From a virus: a stretch of DNA of 48,037 nucleotides. The notes under the pieces are model-generated. The model was not told the DNA's origin and did not search any database. It saw only the letters and a list, made by a program, of their open reading frames with translations. Below are positions 46,014-48,037 of the stretch, in pieces. The stretch's first letter is position 1, and every line of letters starts with the position of its first letter. Location of the stretch: IMG/VR virus record IMGVR_UViG_3300045594_000630; one strand, written 5' to 3'. The position numbers and the translations under genes were made by a program.

Positions 46014-47435
46014 TCAGTTCGTGAGAATAGAACCGTCATCATCTGCATTCGACACGGTCTGCAGATCTGCATCCATCCTGACCTCATGCCCGGATCCATC
46101 CGTCGGCACAAGCGTCCACACCATCGTATTCACGTCGAGCGGTACCAGACCCATAGGACAGGTGATTCCAGCTTGCTCCGAATGGTGCTTGTCGTCCGGC
46201 ACCGGCTTACCGTTCTTGTCAAGAACCTGATGCAGCTTCCCATCTTCACTCTTCTCCATCTTAGCTCCCCAGCCCTGACCGGAGAGATCCCACGTGACCT
46301 CACCATTCACAGATCTACCAAGACGGATAAGATTCCACGGAGTCTCATCAAGATCATCAGGGAGCGAGGCCATTGTCGGGAGTGGCGGCATGGTCTTCAG
46401 CCAGACCTTCTGCTTGTCGAAGTCCCATCCATCCTTCTGCACGATACGACCGTTACGGTTCACCTCTCGCTGGGCGATCCATTCGACAGTTCCACCACCG
46501 ATCGTCTGGTTGATATGATCCATGAACGCAGGGATCGACGACTGCATGAAGTTCGCATCGAACGAGATGACCATTGATGACGGAACGTCACGGAACCTTG
46601 CTATCCTCGGCTTGACCTCACGGCCACGCTTATCCCGCGGATGGATGATCTTGTCAGCCTCCTCCGACTGCCCGATCTCAGATGCGTACACGATCGCGTC
46701 CGCCACTGCTTGCGCCTCACCAGCAGCCTCCCATCCCGTGATCTGCACCATGTCCTTCACCGTCGCGCCATTCTTCAAGGCAGATCCGAAGAACTTGCTA
46801 TAGATCGTTCCGATCTTCTCCCATGTCGCATCTTCCGACTGGATGCAAGCCTTTCCCTGCTTGATCATGACACTCAAGACGACGGACGATATGATGAACG
46901 GAATGATCAGCAAGGGCCATAGTCTTACCAGTATGATGAGGGATGAGACGACGAATGACGCGAGGAACCCGATCTTGTATGTCCTCACCCATGTCGGCAC
47001 GTTCTTACCAGGGTCAACAGGCAGCGGCTTCTTCTCCTTCAGATTAGGATTGCAGTACTTGTCAGTGAACTTGTCAAGACTGTACTCCTTGATGACCTTG
47101 CCGTCATCGTCCTTAGCCGGGACCATTGCAGCCTGCGACGGATCATCCACCACGCTGCCGGACTTATCGACCATGTTCCCCTGCTTGTCTTCCTTGGGGA
47201 CCATCACCTTCTTCTGCAGACCGAGAAGACGCTTGTCATGCCATGCTGCTCGCAGTCTTGACCGCATCGTGGACAGATGGACGACCCGCTTCATCAGCTC
47301 GTCATAGTCGTTCCGGTTCGCATTCCTGGCCTTGTTCTTCGCCAGCAGATCCTGACACCATGCGAACAGCATGGATATGATGATCGGGCTGAACGTGGTA
47401 AGCGCTCCTAGCACGATGACAAGAATGAAGCTCAT
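46014..47435 (-). CDS. Membrane protein, possibly the N-terminal part of an FtsK/TcpA-like coupling protein
   Basis: Three TM segments; ends IRLGRSVNGEVTWDL...PMGLV as found just before FtsK Walker A, but no P-loop follows. The ORF is solid and the product is tentative. Confidence 0.5.
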   Translation of the reverse strand: MSFILVIVLGALTTFSPIIISMLFAWCQDLLAKNKARNANRNDYDELMKRVVHLSTMRSRLRAAWHDKRLLGLQKKVMVPKEDKQGNMVDKSGSVVDDPSQAAMVPAKDDDGKVIKEYSLDKFTDKYCNPNLKEKKPLPVDPGKNVPTWVRTYKIGFLASFVVSSLIILVRLWPLLIIPFIISSVVLSVMIKQGKACIQSEDATWEKIGTIYSKFFGSALKNGATVKDMVQITGWEAAGEAQAVADAIVYASEIGQSEEADKIIHPRDKRGREVKPRIARFRDVPSSMVISFDANFMQSSIPAFMDHINQTIGGGTVEWIAQREVNRNGRIVQKDGWDFDKQKVWLKTMPPLPTMASLPDDLDETPWNLIRLGRSVNGEVTWDLSGQGWGAKMEKSEDGKLHQVLDKNGKPVPDDKHHSEQAGITCPMGLVPLDVNTMVWTLVPTDGSGHEVRMDADLQTVSNADDDGSILTN

Positions 47436-48037
47436 GAATCCTCCCCGAATACCGTAGATCTCAGCTCCGCGGTCCAGCGACCAATCGGGACGGACCCTTT
47501 GATCTTAAGATCAATGCTCGAACTGTCTACCAGCGGATCTTCCCCTGAACAGTAAGCATACCTGCCGTCATACGATGCATTCACGTTGTCTCCCCTCAGG
47601 AATATCTTACCGGACGGTATTCTGATCTCAACCCTGTCGTCAGGATTCAGGCCACATCCGGCTGCATACGATGATTCCCTCCCGTCAAGAGCGGCCACGC
47701 GGTCTTGACAGCCATGGATTGAAGATATCATTCCGCCAGGCTCGACGCAGACCACGTCACCCGGGACGGCAAGCACTCTCTTCACAAGCTCGCGATCATT
47801 GGTGATGCTCCCCAGGGTCCATGCCGGAGGCCTCTCCACGATGACCACGTCCCCCGGCTGCACGTCTTGCGTCCGCGTCCCGTACAGCACGTCACCGTCA
47901 TAGTAAGTGTCTCGCATCGAATTCCCGGACACCGTCCAGTATGATCTTGACGTGGATCCCCAGATCACGGCTGCTGACACGATGATCGATGCGAGCACGA
48001 TGACAGCACTGATGATCGCACCCGCCCTAGATCTCAT
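47432..48037 (-). CDS. Signal peptidase I (S26)
   Basis: TM then VSGNSM, LVKRVLAVPGD, GDNVNASYDGR. Confidence 0.88.
   Translation of the reverse strand: MRSRAGAIISAVIVLASIIVSAAVIWGSTSRSYWTVSGNSMRDTYYDGDVLYGTRTQDVQPGDVVIVERPPAWTLGSITNDRELVKRVLAVPGDVVCVEPGGMISSIHGCQDRVAALDGRESSYAAGCGLNPDDRVEIRIPSGKIFLRGDNVNASYDGRYAYCSGEDPLVDSSSIDLKIKGSVPIGRWTAELRSTVFGEDS

Noticed and set aside
434-47380. Numerous 60-190 aa antisense or alternate-frame ORFs inside long genes
   Set aside because: Shadow ORFs expected from the codon bias; no SD sequences or recognisable motifs
1-48037. tRNA, rRNA, IS/transposase, integrase or phage structural genes
   Set aside because: None recognised by eye; tRNAscan, Infernal and HMM searches would be needed to exclude them formally

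Overview
Gene-dense, mostly + strand segment of what is most likely a large conjugative element (megaplasmid or ICE) from an actinobacterial host. The host call is an inference from nucS, leaderless genes and Tad/Flp plus TcpE/VirB4-type genes. The window carries its own replication and repair genes (intein-containing DnaE, DnaG, RecA, 5'-3' exonuclease, NucS, SF2 helicase) and Tad pilus and conjugation genes (CpaE/ParA-like ATPase, TadC, three Flp pilin paralogues of which one is frameshifted, prepilin peptidase, TcpE, short VirB4-like ATPase, signal peptidase I). It also has a defence/anti-defence block (HsdR_N-type nuclease, type III R-M mod/res, zeta toxin) and a GtrB-like plus multi-TM glycosylation pair. 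Six signals are not explained by the gene list: (1) an orphan type I-E-like CRISPR mini-array at 4759-4847 whose only spacer is a hairpin-broken copy of the repeat, next to a small very acidic ORF; (2) strong over-representation of GATC and the palindrome CAGATCTG; (3) a GATATC-N8-start promoter-like motif in front of many genes; (4) a dispersed ~90-bp inverted-arm element, with the core flipped in one copy; (5) a shared N-terminal Cys/His module on unrelated proteins; (6) a possible split-intein N-fragment on a putative coupling-protein fragment. No rRNA, tRNA, cas or transposase gene was recognised. All calls are by eye, with no database searches.
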